A stretch of 64,000 bases of DNA from Ramazzottius varieornatus (lineage: Eukaryota > Animalia > Tardigrada), in contig BDGG01000008.1 in the NCBI GenBank assembly GCA_001949185.1, positions 496,001-560,000 on the forward strand, read 5' to 3'. The first letter of the stretch is position 1, and the number at the start of each line of letters is the position of its first letter. Both the position numbers and the translations under genes were made by a program. Of the stretch, positions 1 to 19,281 are shown one piece after another. The notes under the pieces were generated by a model. It saw nothing but the letters and a program-made list of their open reading frames with translations. It was not told the origin of the DNA and did not search any database.

Positions 1-394
1 ATTGTCGCGTTAGCTTCGAGAACACTCTCATAATTGATCAGACAATCGATTTGTCGTTTGTGATGTTTACAAAAGCTGCTTTCACCGTCTTCATTGTCTG
101 TCGGTTCTTCCCTGATGGGCCTGCCTTGGTTTTGTCGATCTGTGAAACCCACTTTTCCGTTACTCGGTGGTGGGAATCTTCCATTCGCACTTTTTTTTCG
201 TAAGACAGACAATGCAGAACCCTTCTCTTTCTGTGCTGGTGTCATGAGTGGACGGACATCTCGTTGGGAAACTACAAAAAGCCTGAGCTTGACACAATTT
301 ACCGTTTTTCAGCTATTCCAACAGTTTTAATTCCTTGTTTTACTTCGAGAAATTTACGTTTTGTCGGAAGCAATATCGGGCTTTTGGTTCTACG

Positions 395-850
395 ATGGCT
401 GACGGTAAACTCGTGGCTCTGCTCTTGTCCTCGTTGGCCTGCAGTGTCTGGGGAGGAGGATCTGGTTGGGGTTCGACGTATGTTCCACCGACGTATCTTG
501 TCGGCGTCGGTTCGCGTCTATTGGGAAACACACTCGGCTTCAATGGCGCGGGTCTTGGCGGCATCGGATTCCACGGCGCGGGCCTCGGCGGTCTCGGCTT
601 CTCAGGAGCCCCCCTTGGGGGATTAGGGTTCTCGGGAAATGTGCCAGGTGGCCTTGGTTTCAACGGGAACGGGCTGGGAGGAATTGGGTTTAACGGAAAC
701 GGACTAGGCGGGCTGGGCTTCACTGGTCCGGGTCTTGGAGGCGTCGGGTTCAACGGAGTCGGACTTGGAGGACTAGGTCATCATGGAGCTGCTCTCGGTG
801 GTGTGGGCTGGGCTCCTCCTGTGCTTGTGAATCGTGGCTGGAGCCGATGA
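395..850 (+). CDS. Secreted glycine-rich protein with ~9 decapeptide repeats (GFxGxGLGGx); probable cuticle/eggshell-type structural protein
   Basis: ATG at 395 gives a signal-like MADGKLVALLLSSLACSVWG, then GFNGAGLGGI/GFHGAGLGGL/GFSGAPLGGL... repeats and C-terminal GWAPPVLVNRGWSR*. Confidence 0.8.
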   Translation: MADGKLVALLLSSLACSVWGGGSGWGSTYVPPTYLVGVGSRLLGNTLGFNGAGLGGIGFHGAGLGGLGFSGAPLGGLGFSGNVPGGLGFNGNGLGGIGFNGNGLGGLGFTGPGLGGVGFNGVGLGGLGHHGAALGGVGWAPPVLVNRGWSR

Positions 851-2248
851 GGAAATAACGAACCAGTTCTTTGTCTAACAGTTGACATTGGACACCTTCA
901 GTACATGCGTCCTGAAAACTCTTTGTTTTGTGTGGATAAACACTTGTGGAGAGCCTTTTGATAGTTTTACAGTTTACCGAAATATTTCGTGAGATGTTTT
1001 ATGGCAGCCGTATGTTTCTTCTCGTAAGATAAACTCGGTGTCCAGATTATTCTTCGTGCTATCGTATAAAATCGCTGCCTCAATGGCCGTTTAAAATATA
1101 CCGGCAAATCAGTGCAGGAAATGCATCCCTTCCGGGTCTTTCGTTCGGATTCCATTCAGCTTCCAGTTGGCACCGCCGACTGGAAACCGAACTTTCAACT
1201 AAAAAACATAAACAACATCCAAATGGCAAACCTGAAAGGGACGCTTTTTCTATATTATACTTCACTCACGAAACATTTGAGTACTATGGAATGAGCTAAG
1301 TTTTCCGGACGTGGAGGTCTGGAACAGACAACTCTCCCACTAGATAGAAATAAACGCAGTTGAGGAGTCCTCAACATGCCGGCGCACCAGTATGCGTAAT
1401 CACCCTGCACGTTGGTTCTCCATGCGGGGAGCGAATAAAAAATTTTAGATCATGCAAAATAGTCGAAAAATAAAACAGCGACCATAATCTGGTCATGAAT
1501 CACGATATAATTTACGAAAAATTTACCGAATTTTTCGGCTAACTATCTTATAAATATTGATAGTTAGCTGTGGTCTTTCACGATATTACAAGAGGCCAAA
1601 GCAAAGCAGCAACTTCACATCAAGCAGCATTCCCCTTGAATTTTGTTCATCTACAAAGTTTAATAGAGATAGACTCAATAAACCTAACGCTGCATAGTGC
1701 ACCGTTTGGGAATTCCAGCAACGCGCCACTGGATCGCTGCGAAAGTGACTGCGGCATGACGCCATACTGTCCAAGATTTGCGACACAAAGACTGGCCTTC
1801 AGGGAAATGGATAGTGCCTGATTATGCCAAGGTTTACCCTCTGGAAAGGACCACAAACGACAATTGACATACTTGCATAGGCAATATCGAGTACCTATGA
1901 CCGACTTCCAGTCTTGTGTCGGAGTTTCGTTATTGTGTCTCCATGAACGACCTACCTTTCTATTACGGCTTCATTATAGAGGAAAGCTGGACATACGCTA
2001 AACCAAATTAAAAAGGGAAAGTGAGATTCAAAGGAAGTCGGCACTCGGTGGTGGCTACTGCTTGGTTCCTCTTCTCTGCTCATTGCAGTGATAAGAGCTT
2101 GAGCACTTTTCAAGCAAGAGGTCATGATTAAGAGTCGACAACACAGAATGCACCTCTTTTCTTCGTCTTTTGTCTGCATGGTACTCCGAGTTATACCTGG
2201 GAATATTAATCTTCTTCTTGGACAGAAGATGATGCAACCGGTAATCTG

Positions 2249-2288
2249 TATATAAACTGGCATCCAGCCACATCTTTGGCCATCAGTC
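2249..2288 (+). promoter_or_regulatory. TATA box plus TCAGT initiator of the second Gly-rich gene
   Basis: TATATAAA at 2249-2256 and TCAGTC at 2283-2288, followed by a GT..AG 5'UTR intron (~2317-2411) and ATG at 2450. Confidence 0.55.
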
Positions 2289-2449
2289 GACGCTTCTAGA
2301 ACTTTAGCTGACCGCTCGTACGCTAAAGCTCTGTTTTTATTTCTGTTTGATTTTTCTTACTTTTAGCATATAGTTTTGCTCCTTCTGGGATCCCGGTCCA
2401 GTTCCCTGTAGGCCTTTTTCCGAGTCCGCAAAGTCCTTTACCTGCAACC

Positions 2450-3361
2450 ATGTCCAGAATATCAGCCGTAAGTTTCGGGCAACTGAATGGTTTCTTGTTC
2501 TGTAGCGTCGATGACCCACGCTGGCAGCTCGCAAGGTTCTAACCTCGCTATTTTTCTGTTTGTAGGTTCTCTTCGCGCTCTTCGCCATTTCCTACCTAAG
2601 CACCACTTCCGATGCACAGTTCTTCGGAGGACTCGGTGGGATGGGCCTCGGCGGGTATGGGCTTGGAGGGATGATGGGAGGTTACGGAATGGGCGGTTTA
2701 GGCATGATGGGCATGGGTGGATTAGGTACGTCCATTTGCTTTTTCTGTTTGAACACAAGTAACTCGCTGGGCTATTGCATTTTTATGCTGCTCACGTTTC
2801 TAACAGTCTCAATTACCGATTTTGTTTTCTCCACTCAGGTGGCATGGGCATGGGAGGACTCGGATACGGAGGACTCGGAGGCATGATGGGCGGCTATGGG
2901 ATGGGAGGCCTCGGGATGGGAGGCCTCGGGATGATGGGCATGGGTGGACTAGGTACTTATTTTCGATTTTTCTACTTGTAAACACCTGCTGCTCACAAAT
3001 TACTCCACAAATCACATCCTGCTGCTCACAAATTACTCCACAAATTACTGCATCCTGCTGCTTTCAACAACGCTTTTTCACTTACTAATCTTGTTTGTCT
3101 CTTTTTCCAGGTGGAGGACTCGGATTCGGCGGTATGGGAATGGGGGGTCTTGGAGGTTTTGGAGGTCTGGGTGGTTATGGTGGTATGATGGGTGGACATG
3201 GAGGATTAGGTGGTATGGGAGGTCTTGGCATGGGACTTGGATCAGGCATCGGTGGACATTCGTCTGGCAGTCGAGAAAGCAGTCGAGGAAGCAGTGGAGG
3301 CTGGGGATGGTCCGCACCCACAACGACGCCAGCTCCCAGCGGATGGTCTTCCGGAAGATAA
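2450..3361 (+). CDS. Secreted Gly/Met-rich protein, 4 coding exons (~2450-2467, 2566-2725, 2839-2952, 3111-3361)
   Basis: Spliced MSRISA|VLFALFAISYLSTTSDA-QFFGGLGGMGLGGYG...; GT-AG introns; ends GWGWSAPTTTPAPSGWSSGR*; AATAAA near 3475. Confidence 0.85.
2985..3062. repeat. 33-bp tandem repeat (~2.3 copies) in an intron
   Basis: cctgctgctcacaaattactccacaaat at 2985 and 3018, partial copy at 3054. Confidence 0.9.
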
Positions 3362-3723
3362 GCCGCTTTTTGTTAGTCTTTTTGATGGTCTCTGTTCTGT
3401 CGACGTTATGATTCTAATGTACCATTTTATCGCCAAAGAATTAGCGGTCTTTCACCAAAGAAACGCGCGTTAGAATAAAACTGAAGCACACTACAGTACT
3501 GTTTGTTGGCACCAGTGCTTCTAACACCGTACACCCAGTCAGCAGCAATGTCGGGAGCAAACTGTACTAAGATATTCCATCTACTCACCGGTTCGTCAAA
3601 CAATCACAAGAATTTCAAACTCCGAAAACAAAATCAACAAGTAGGTACAGTATTGGGACGCACAACGAAAGTTCCTAAATATGATCGATAGCTCACACCG
3701 TTCAGAGATCTCTAAAACGAAAA

Positions 3724-6700
3724 TCACAACTCAATCATTTTTGTCTTACATGTTCTCTTTGACTTGGAATGCTGGTAACTTTTTGAATGTTCCCCAGCTG
3801 GAGACCGGGCAGCTTGGTTCACAGAGGGTTTGGAAAGTTGCTGTCCATTCCTGGTCTGCATATCACCGATCTGAAATCCTCCTATGCTCGGAGACGCACT
3901 CAGCACAAGCGGACTATGAAGCACTTCCGGTTCGTTTGACACATCTAGAGCTGCCGAAGACGACGAATATCGCTTGTTGAAACTTCCCAGAGCCTGGTTT
4001 GTCTCACTGTCGAACTCTATCAGGTTCGGAGCGCTGTTCACCGAAGCAACCAACTGACCACTGTTCTGCTCGACATGCTCAAAATGCTCAAAGGAAGAAT
4101 CAGAGGACTCTATCGCGATGGAAGGCAGACCAGCCTGATTGTCGAAATGCACAGTGTCGTCGGGAACTGTACGGTGTCTGGCAGGAGTCTGTCGGGAGAA
4201 CCCAGGTAGCCGGATGGGATTCAAGTCAACTAACCTATTCTTCACAGCTGACAGGACACCACCGATCTGCGATCGATGAGCCCCAGCACTTCCGCCGACG
4301 GCTGAATGTCCGCTGGCTACAGAAGGTGCCACGGCGGTAAAGATTCCTCCTTGAGACTCTAGCGGTGCAGCTGCTTTGGGCGGGATCTTTGTCACCTTCT
4401 TTTGTAGCTTCCCGTACAGGACCGGAACTGTCGATCCGCATTTTGATATGATGGCCATGCTGAACGACTCGGCGATTGACCTGAGCATCTCTGCAAGAAC
4501 AGAAGGAAAAGTGGACTCTACAGTACTGAACTTTGGAAACTGAATGCGGAGCAAAGTTCGGGTTCGTGTCGCCTACCGAGGTTTTCTTCTTCAGTGGCGA
4601 TGGGCATGACAATACTGTTGAAGAACCTTACACCGGCCGTTCTGAACTGATGGCAGTATCCGCTCTCCAGGTCGATGTGGTAGTTGATGCGGATGATCAT
4701 CTTCTTCGCCCCGAGCAGCTTCGGCTCCATCCCTGTCTCTATACTGTCCACTTCGTCCAACAGAACTCTTTGGTAACCGACTAACTGGTCACTTTCGACG
4801 CTGTACTGTAAGAGCGAAGAATACTCTCGTTAGGAAGCCACTTTCTGCCCTGAATATGAACAGTAACGTACTTCGCCGACGTAGTAAGCTTCCGTGCTGA
4901 GCAGCAATACTGTGTCCATGTCGGTCCGTGAGGGATCTGCGTTGGCGTCAGCGTCGATCATGGGCCATCCACCAAGGACAACTTCACTGTCGGAAATGAT
5001 GATACGTTTGGAGTCTTCGACCAGCTGCTTGACCCGTTCCAGTTCCGAGGCATCCAGAGCCGGGGCAGTGACACCAGGTACCAGGATGCTTTCCTCTTCG
5101 AAATGCTTCCCCAGACTTGCATCGATGGCTGCTTGTCTGTAGGCATCCCTAAACTGGTTCAAATAATACCTGTACGAAAAAATAACCGCGTAAACGACAC
5201 CAGCAGATTCAAACAGAAATCATATAAAACTCACTACGAAGCATATCGGAAAATTGAACGAATCGATGAACTGAAAAATCGAATTCGTACCGATTGGCCG
5301 ATGTATAGCCGTCTTTCATCAAGCCGGCGAACTTCCGTTCGCCCGTTCTTGTCACATCCCCCTTCAATGCAGACGTGCCTGCATATTGTCTATTAGGAAA
5401 GGAAAGAGTGAGAACTCTTATTTTCGCAGAGCAAATTATAACAAAGTATATATTACGATGTTCAGGAATCTGGAAAACATACCGGCTAATTGCGTCTCCG
5501 TTATTCGCCCACATGATCTGGAGTGCCTGCCTGCATTCGAGTGGGAAGCCCTGTTCGGGCAAGAGCAATCCCATCTTCCGTAACTGAGATTCCAACGCCA
5601 CACGCCCTAGAGCTGCTTGGATAACGTTCGTGCGATCCAGACAATCGACGCAATTTACACGGAAAACACTGCGCTGTAAACACATGACATCCTGTTCGGT
5701 AGCTGGGAGGGAGTGCTTGCTCCAAAAGAACCGCATCGACTGGAATACTTCCTGCAGGCTTTCGATCAGGATCTCGATATTTTCCAAATGCATTCCGCGA
5801 CTGAAAAAAGATCCAGTAAGGTCAATATAAGTTCATCAACTTTACTGTCCAAGAATATACCGAACACTTGAGGAAACCGAAAGTCTCACCAATAAGCATG
5901 AAAATCAAAGCTGACGTAAACCAAATTCTCGCTGTCAAAATCCAGAATTGATTCGAGATAAGCATCAGCTAAGACCTTCTCCCGCCCGTATTGCTCAACC
6001 AGATTGATGGCGACCTGTCTTCCGTATAGCTTAAACTGCTCGACGAAATGCCGTGCCAAAGCAGTGTGGCTATCGGACAGACCTGCGAGAGCACTAATTC
6101 AGTATCTAACAGACATATCGCTGATGGTTTTCTCCTCTGCTGGCTTTCAGAAGTGTGCAGTATAGTCCATACATACTTCGATCTATACGAGGTGCGGGAC
6201 GATATCGCATGCCAGGTTGGCTCCAAAATACTGGAATGGATCCGCGGACTTGAACAAACGACAGATGGTGCTCCAGAATACTTATGATCTGCAAACAAAA
6301 CCCACTTCCTGGAACAAGCGATAAGAACCGGAATTTTCCTACATTACAGCCTTCGAGAGTTTTTTATCGTTCATTTTCGAGATGTTTAAATTCGGTAGCT
6401 GACCTGCTCCGTCTCCACATAGTTAGCGACCTTTCCTTTGTCATCAACACCTCGTCGTTTGTACCGTGTTCCAGCGCGATCGCGGCTACGTCGCGAAATC
6501 AGCAGGATTTGGCATGTAGTGGGTACTACAAAGTCTTCCGACCCTGCGTGACTCTTGTCCAAATCCAGCGCTATTAATTCTTGCTGGACATAACCCTGAA
6601 TGACTGGCACGATCCAGTGAGACTCTTCAGCATCTAACAGCGAGAAATCTTTCCACAGATTTCTGTTCCAAAAAAACCGTTCGTCGGCGGAATGCCAACT

Positions 6701-7692
6701 TGGGCGTTTCTGCGAGTCTGCTGCTGACGAAGTCTTCACTCGCAGTTCGTACTGTCGCTGCATGCTGTTGGTCAGATCCATTGTTAGCGAGTAGTAGAAT
6801 GACTGCGAGCCATTAAACATCTTGATAATATCCTCCAGGATTCGTCTTTCAAGCTTTTCTCGGTCAGAGACGTTTTTCTGGAAATCACACACATAAAGAT
6901 CAATAAGGCACTCGCCGCGATGCGAACGATGGTTTATATATAACTATACCCACGCGATTTATTTTTCCTCCCAGATTGAAATTTGTCGCTTGACGTAGCG
7001 TTTTGAAGGTCTTTTGAACACCTCTGTTCATGAGGACCAGATTGGCTTCCGAGAGGATACCGCTATCGTTAATGGACTCTGAATCGTATGCTTCCGCGTC
7101 CGTTTTGCCTTTGAACTACACATCAAAAAGACTATTGTGTTCAGTGAAGAAAAACGAGACCACAATAGCTATGATTACAGCTCGTGATGTAATACCAGAA
7201 GCCTGTCGTCCTCTCGAGGGTCCATGGGAGAGAGAGCGAGAATGCCAACTTTATCGACCCGGAAAATCTCATGTTGTCCGATTTCTGCGACCGTCGATTT
7301 GTGCAAAATGAGAATAAGCTTCGGCTCACTTTCTGTAACAGCAGGAAGCTGGCGGAAAAACGGTCTCCAAGACTGGCTAGATGGACCTACCAGGAAAAAC
7401 CTGAACTTTTCCGACGATCCCGTCAAGGTGGCAAACGAACTCGTGGTTCCTCAAGTCATCGATGGCAGTACCTACGAAAAATTGCGGAGAACGCGTACAG
7501 GATACTGCGAGGGTTATCAATCGCACTATCAACCGCAATTAATGCAGTAATCGGAAAACCGATATGAGAGCACAGACTGTTTAACATACACATACATGGC
7601 TTGGCTTCCAAGCTTCCATCGAAACGGCTGCAGAACAAGCAATGCTGCCCTTCAACGAACAAGAAGTGAGATCTTGACTTGAAGAGCTGCAT
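3724..7692 (-). CDS. INPP5F: Phosphatidylinositide phosphatase SAC2 / INPP5F, multi-exon
   Basis: SAC domain motifs ISRRSRDRAGTRYKRRG, FVQVRGSIPVFWSQPG, RVNCVDCLDRTN (CX5R), WANNGDAISRQYAGT; hSac2 region HQFRTAGVRFFN; C-terminal CKTKMIEL*. Confidence 0.93.
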
Positions 7693-9250
7693 GATGATCC
7701 GTTTCAGCTACGGGCAGATGTTCGGGATCAGTACTCCCACCGAAGAGGGTGTAAAGCGATGACTAGTAGCATTACACTAAATGCTTGATCCCGCTAACAC
7801 CACGAACATCAAGATTTCATGAGAGAAGATGACTTCCTGAGACAACCTATGATTCCAATCGATGCTGCGGTGCGGTCCGTCGGAGCAGTCTGTCCTCCTA
7901 TTGTCTGTAACAAATCCCACAAAACATTAACAGCACGCGATAACGAAACAACAACAAAGGAGTTTCACCACGCATTTCTGTCTGGACTTTGGCACCGGAA
8001 GTCACGAGAGTGAGCTCAACTGAGCTCAGTCACAGCGAGCTGCACTGGAGCTCCGAAGCGACCTTACTGGACCCTCGGGGGTAGAGTGATTCCGTGAAAT
8101 TTGAATCTGGAAGCCCCGGCTAGTTGGCTCTCGGTCTGTTACGCAGGTGCTATCTATCAATCAAGCCTTGAAATCTATTCAGCTCCCCGCAGGGCAGTTC
8201 ACTGGGACCGGCTTATCAGCCCTTACCGCAGCGAAGCCGTGCCGTAATCGATCCCACCCCTTCCCCTCCCTCGGCATTTGCGCATACCATGAAGTCGTAA
8301 GCGTCATAACTTCATCACGATCCTTCTGATACTTTCATCGCCATAATCATAATCCATTTAGTCCGGTATTTCAAATTTCTCTGGACCTGGATCCTGTTCT
8401 TGTGGGGAGTGTTTACCTTGTTGTTAGTGGCGCTGCGAATTGAATGGTGATTGCGATGCAACGTTGACGTCCGTGTAGGGATGGGCACAAGGCGCAGCTC
8501 TGGCTGAGGTACTATCTACAGCATGCGTGTACCACCGGAATGGCCTAAATGCCATATTATCGGAGAGTACTCTGTGATATTATCGTAAAACTCTACGCTG
8601 TCTTGCAGTGTGACGTGAGGCTATCCACCATACTACTTGCTATCAGGGGAACGGGAAACTTGTGACCGGTCGGTTGTCATCGGATCATCTCGTTGATTTG
8701 GAGAAGGGAGCGGTGGATAACACGCTCGGACGGTTGACTGTTGGTTGGAACGGAGCATCTTCGCACTACTACCTTGAGTGGCACCTCTGGGAATTGTGAT
8801 GGTCCACTACTGACATCAAGGTACAACTGACTAGATTCCGTTCAGTATTCCTGACCAGTACAGTCTCACGATTACATGGTCTCGTGGATGGTCGAACGTG
8901 GATGCGTTGAGAACGTTTTTGCGTTAGCTTGATACCATTCTGTGATAAGATGTGCGACGGCCAAAAGAAACCCTAGAGCGCTCTCACTGGCAATCATGGC
9001 TAAAAATAACCGCTAATTGAGTCTGGTCGTAATGTAAGCACATTTGAGCTCCATTGCAGCTAGAGACTTCTGTTCCCCACAGTTTGCACAAGCAAATTAA
9101 CAACCCATTGAGTGACATTCAACAGGTTCTTGTTCCACATCTTGTGACGAGTGCATCTTATGTATTTCGCAGGGTGAATCCCCGCGCTTGATCACCTGTC
9201 CACAAAAGAGGACTCTTAATTCTCCCTCTGACCGATTTATGGAGCAAGTC

Positions 9251-9374
9251 GGGGACTTGGGCAAACAGATTTGACAAGATCGTTTTCCAAGTGCTGCACG
9301 CTCTCGGTCAGTAACACTGAAGACGTGCGCCACTTGGGAAAACTGTATTGCCGAGTTGGTTTGCGGAGCTCTCA
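9251..9374. mobile_element. ~125-bp palindromic MITE-like family, copy 1 (ROCK 5'UTR intron)
   Basis: ggggacttgggcaaac...ttccaagtgctgcacg / cgtgcgccacttggg...gtttgcggagctctca. Confidence 0.8.
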
Positions 9375-9462
9375 ATTATTTTGCTTAGAAAAAGTTGATG
9401 CAGCTTGTTTGTTCTTTCCAGAAAGAGCTTCGTCAAGTCGATTGCTGGAACTACAAGGAAAG

Positions 9463-16402
<6,940 letters not shown>

Positions 16403-17434
16403 GCCTGAGCCTTCCTGTCCCCAGCAATAGTTGTGATCCCTTCCAATCCTTCGCACCAAAACTGCCTTGTTATATGCGTGCCTTGTAGCCTGTAGCCTTC
16501 TTGACCAGACTACTTCTCAGAATCTTTTAATTAAACACAAGTGGTTCTGAAACTGAACATTGCGCTTTCAGTCAGCAGCTAAGTGGGCGCGGCCGGTTTG
16601 TTTTTATTTCATTGTTACCCGCACAACGATATGTTTCTTTTTTTTCACTTTCAACCTTTAACTTAACTGTTGCTCGGCTTCACATTCTGCAAGTTGCAGA
16701 ATAGTCAGTGAACTTTGGTCGGTTACGCACGTTTTTCCCCTAGGAGTGTTTGAGGATGCCGAAGAAACAAGAGGTGAACCGGGGAACGTGCCTTTCAAAT
16801 TTGCAATGCTAGAGGTCTCTGATTTCAAGTCATGTTTATATGGAAGCTATCACTAATCGGACAATTCCGACGAGTGATTGTAACCGGTCCGCAAAAACTT
16901 GGATTCAGTTTCGACGCACGAGTTCTGGATTATATTAAACGAAGCAAATACCTGGGAATATGTCCGGTGACGATGTCTCCATCAGGCCGTTTATATCTAT
17001 ACGCATTTTTCACCCAGAAAAGCTTGTAACTTGCGCCGGTGCATACCAGGATCCGGAAGTCGGTAGCAGAACTGTAGCCGGTTTCAGCCGGTCACATTCT
17101 CACTTCCAACAACTCCGGTTCAAAGCTCAATTTCTCAACAGAGCAATCGCCACAGCGTAACCGCATCATTACAGACACTTGGGTTTTATCAAAATCAGCG
17201 GTATCGTCTGCGTTGTTGTGTGCTTATTTGGAATTGCTGTCATTATTACGCAGGAGCTATCTCATTAATTCCCTCATTCTGTGCAGGTCTAATCCTTCCC
17301 AGTTCGAATTTCCGGAAGATGTCCAAGGAGAGTTATCTCAGGTGCGCCACCGCTGCGGCCGTGCATGCTAGAGGCGACCAGAGCAGTTCAGTCACTTGTG
17401 AGCAGAATCGGCCCATAACCTTTATTCTTGTGAG

Positions 17435-17700
17435 AAGAATAGCAAAACCAAAGTCCATTAGCTATTCAGCAACGTTTAATAAAGCACTGTGCATTAAACG
17501 CTTAATCATAGTGCGTGCCATGGCCACGGGGGATCTCAGCGCGGCAGCGAACGAGCAGCGAAGCAGCCCCAGCTGTTCGGACGCACTCCGGTTAATGAAG
17601 CACTGTGCATAAAGCACTGTTCATTAAGCAACGCTTAATAATGCACTGTGGCAAAACCAAAATTCAGCTGAAGCATGTCTGTGGAAACAGACATGCTCTC
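17435..17700. repeat. Modular repeat ending in a perfect hairpin; possible non-autonomous Helitron/Helentron-type element
   Basis: Reiterated gcaaaaccaaa, gcaacg(c/t)ttaata and aagcactgtgcat blocks; AGCATGTCTGT-GGAA-ACAGACATGCT at 17672-17697. Confidence 0.45.
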
Positions 17701-18278
17701 CTGAAAACAGTTCGATTCTTCGGAAATATTAACCACATCGGAGAGCTATTTCCTTCCGAATTACAAAAAGAGTAATTCAAAACGCACTGGCACTCCGAAA
17801 CCGTTTGCCGATCGCGGAATTCATTGGGAACTCAAAACTAATTATTAGTGCCGTTCCGGTCCCAATCATACCTTCATAGTTCCCCACTCATGCAATGATC
17901 TAGATTCATACGTAGAAATCAGCTGGTTTTGATCCGATTTCTTGGTCATCTGCTCTTAAAATTCAGTCATGTAACTATCACCGGAACAACGAGTGCGTCA
18001 AGCACCTCGTGACAACAACAGTACACACAGCTCAGCAGCCAACATAATTATGACCGCGGTGCGATCCGCTGGAAGATGATCTGCCTTTATCGAGCTGCAA
18101 GTGTTCAGATTAGCAGCTTTGTCCAATTACTTCCGTCACGTCCTACTTGAAGAAAAGAAAATTCTGATCTTGGTGCGAGTGGTGGGTGCCGGTTCCTGCG
18201 AATTTTCGATTCCATTCCAAAGCTCGAATCAAGAGTCCAAACGTTCGGCATAGTGACTCTGTTCGAGCTTCGGTAGGG

Positions 18279-19281
18279 ATGATTACAATGGCATCGGTGA
18301 CCTTAAAGAATGGTACCAAGCTGCTCGAGAATGTCTGGAACTTCTCGGTCAACAGTTCCTTGCCGGGCCATACACTTATGAGCTTTCCCAGGTGGAGTAC
18401 TTTCCTCACGCGTCTAGCAATCACCATCGTCGGGCTTATTGGCAATGGTACCTTGTGCGCTGCCATCTGGAAAGACCGGTCCATGAAAACAGGCACCCGC
18501 ATACTGATTTTGAATCTGGCGACTGCTTCTATCCTCATAATGGCTCCTGGACAACTCGGCCTTGCGGTTTATAACTACTACGGCATTCCATACTCCTGCC
18601 CGTTCACTGCTCTAGGCTACGTCTTCCATCCTGTGACTAACTGGGCGGATGTGGCCTTGTCGGCCAACAGAATGGTCGCCGTGATGTATCCGCATTACTA
18701 CACACATCTGGCTTCTGTGAAAAGCACTAGTTTCGTTTGCATGGTCGTGTGGTTGTTCGGGATCACTTTAGTTGCAGTGATTACCTCCGGTGTCGGCACG
18801 AGCTCTCGAGAAGTCCAGCCTGGCGCTTGCGTGCTCTTTGCAACCTCGAAAATCGGAACAGTGATGGTCATGTTTGTATCGACCATACCGGTCTGCGTGT
18901 GTGGGCTGGTTATTGCAAGCCTCGTTATTCACTTGTTGGTACATCGTCGGGCACAATCGTGTCCCTTGAATGTCCAAGTGACAAAGTCGGCTCGTCAAAC
19001 AGTAGTCCACCGCAGAACACTCGCCTTGGCAAAAGTCATGATAGCTTCGTTCATCTGGTGCCTCATTTCGACACTACCTTTCTATATCGGAGCCTACGCT
19101 TTTGCAACTTTTCTGGCGAAAAGTCCCAGATTGAGCGAAGCTCTAAAAATCTTTGCGACGACCGAATATTCTGTCAATCCGGTACGTACGTACTGCAGCG
19201 TGGGTCCATTTCGAGCCATTTCCATACCGGTTTTTCGATTCTGGAAAATTATTGTTTTCCTTACAGTACATCTTTCTATAG
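18279..19281 (+). CDS. Orphan rhodopsin-like (class A) GPCR
   Basis: Seven hydrophobic segments; GLIGN (TM1), LILNLA (TM2), ANRMVAV (DRY position), CLISTLPF (TM6), VNP (TM7) followed by an intron at 19182; 3' end uncertain. Confidence 0.8.

Noticed and set aside
340-753. Pro-rich antisense ORF (137 aa)
   Set aside because: Mirror of the GGN codons of the Gly-rich gene; no independent signals.
1538-1568. 10-bp hairpin gctaactatc/gatagttagc
   Set aside because: Isolated and AT-rich, with no supporting context.
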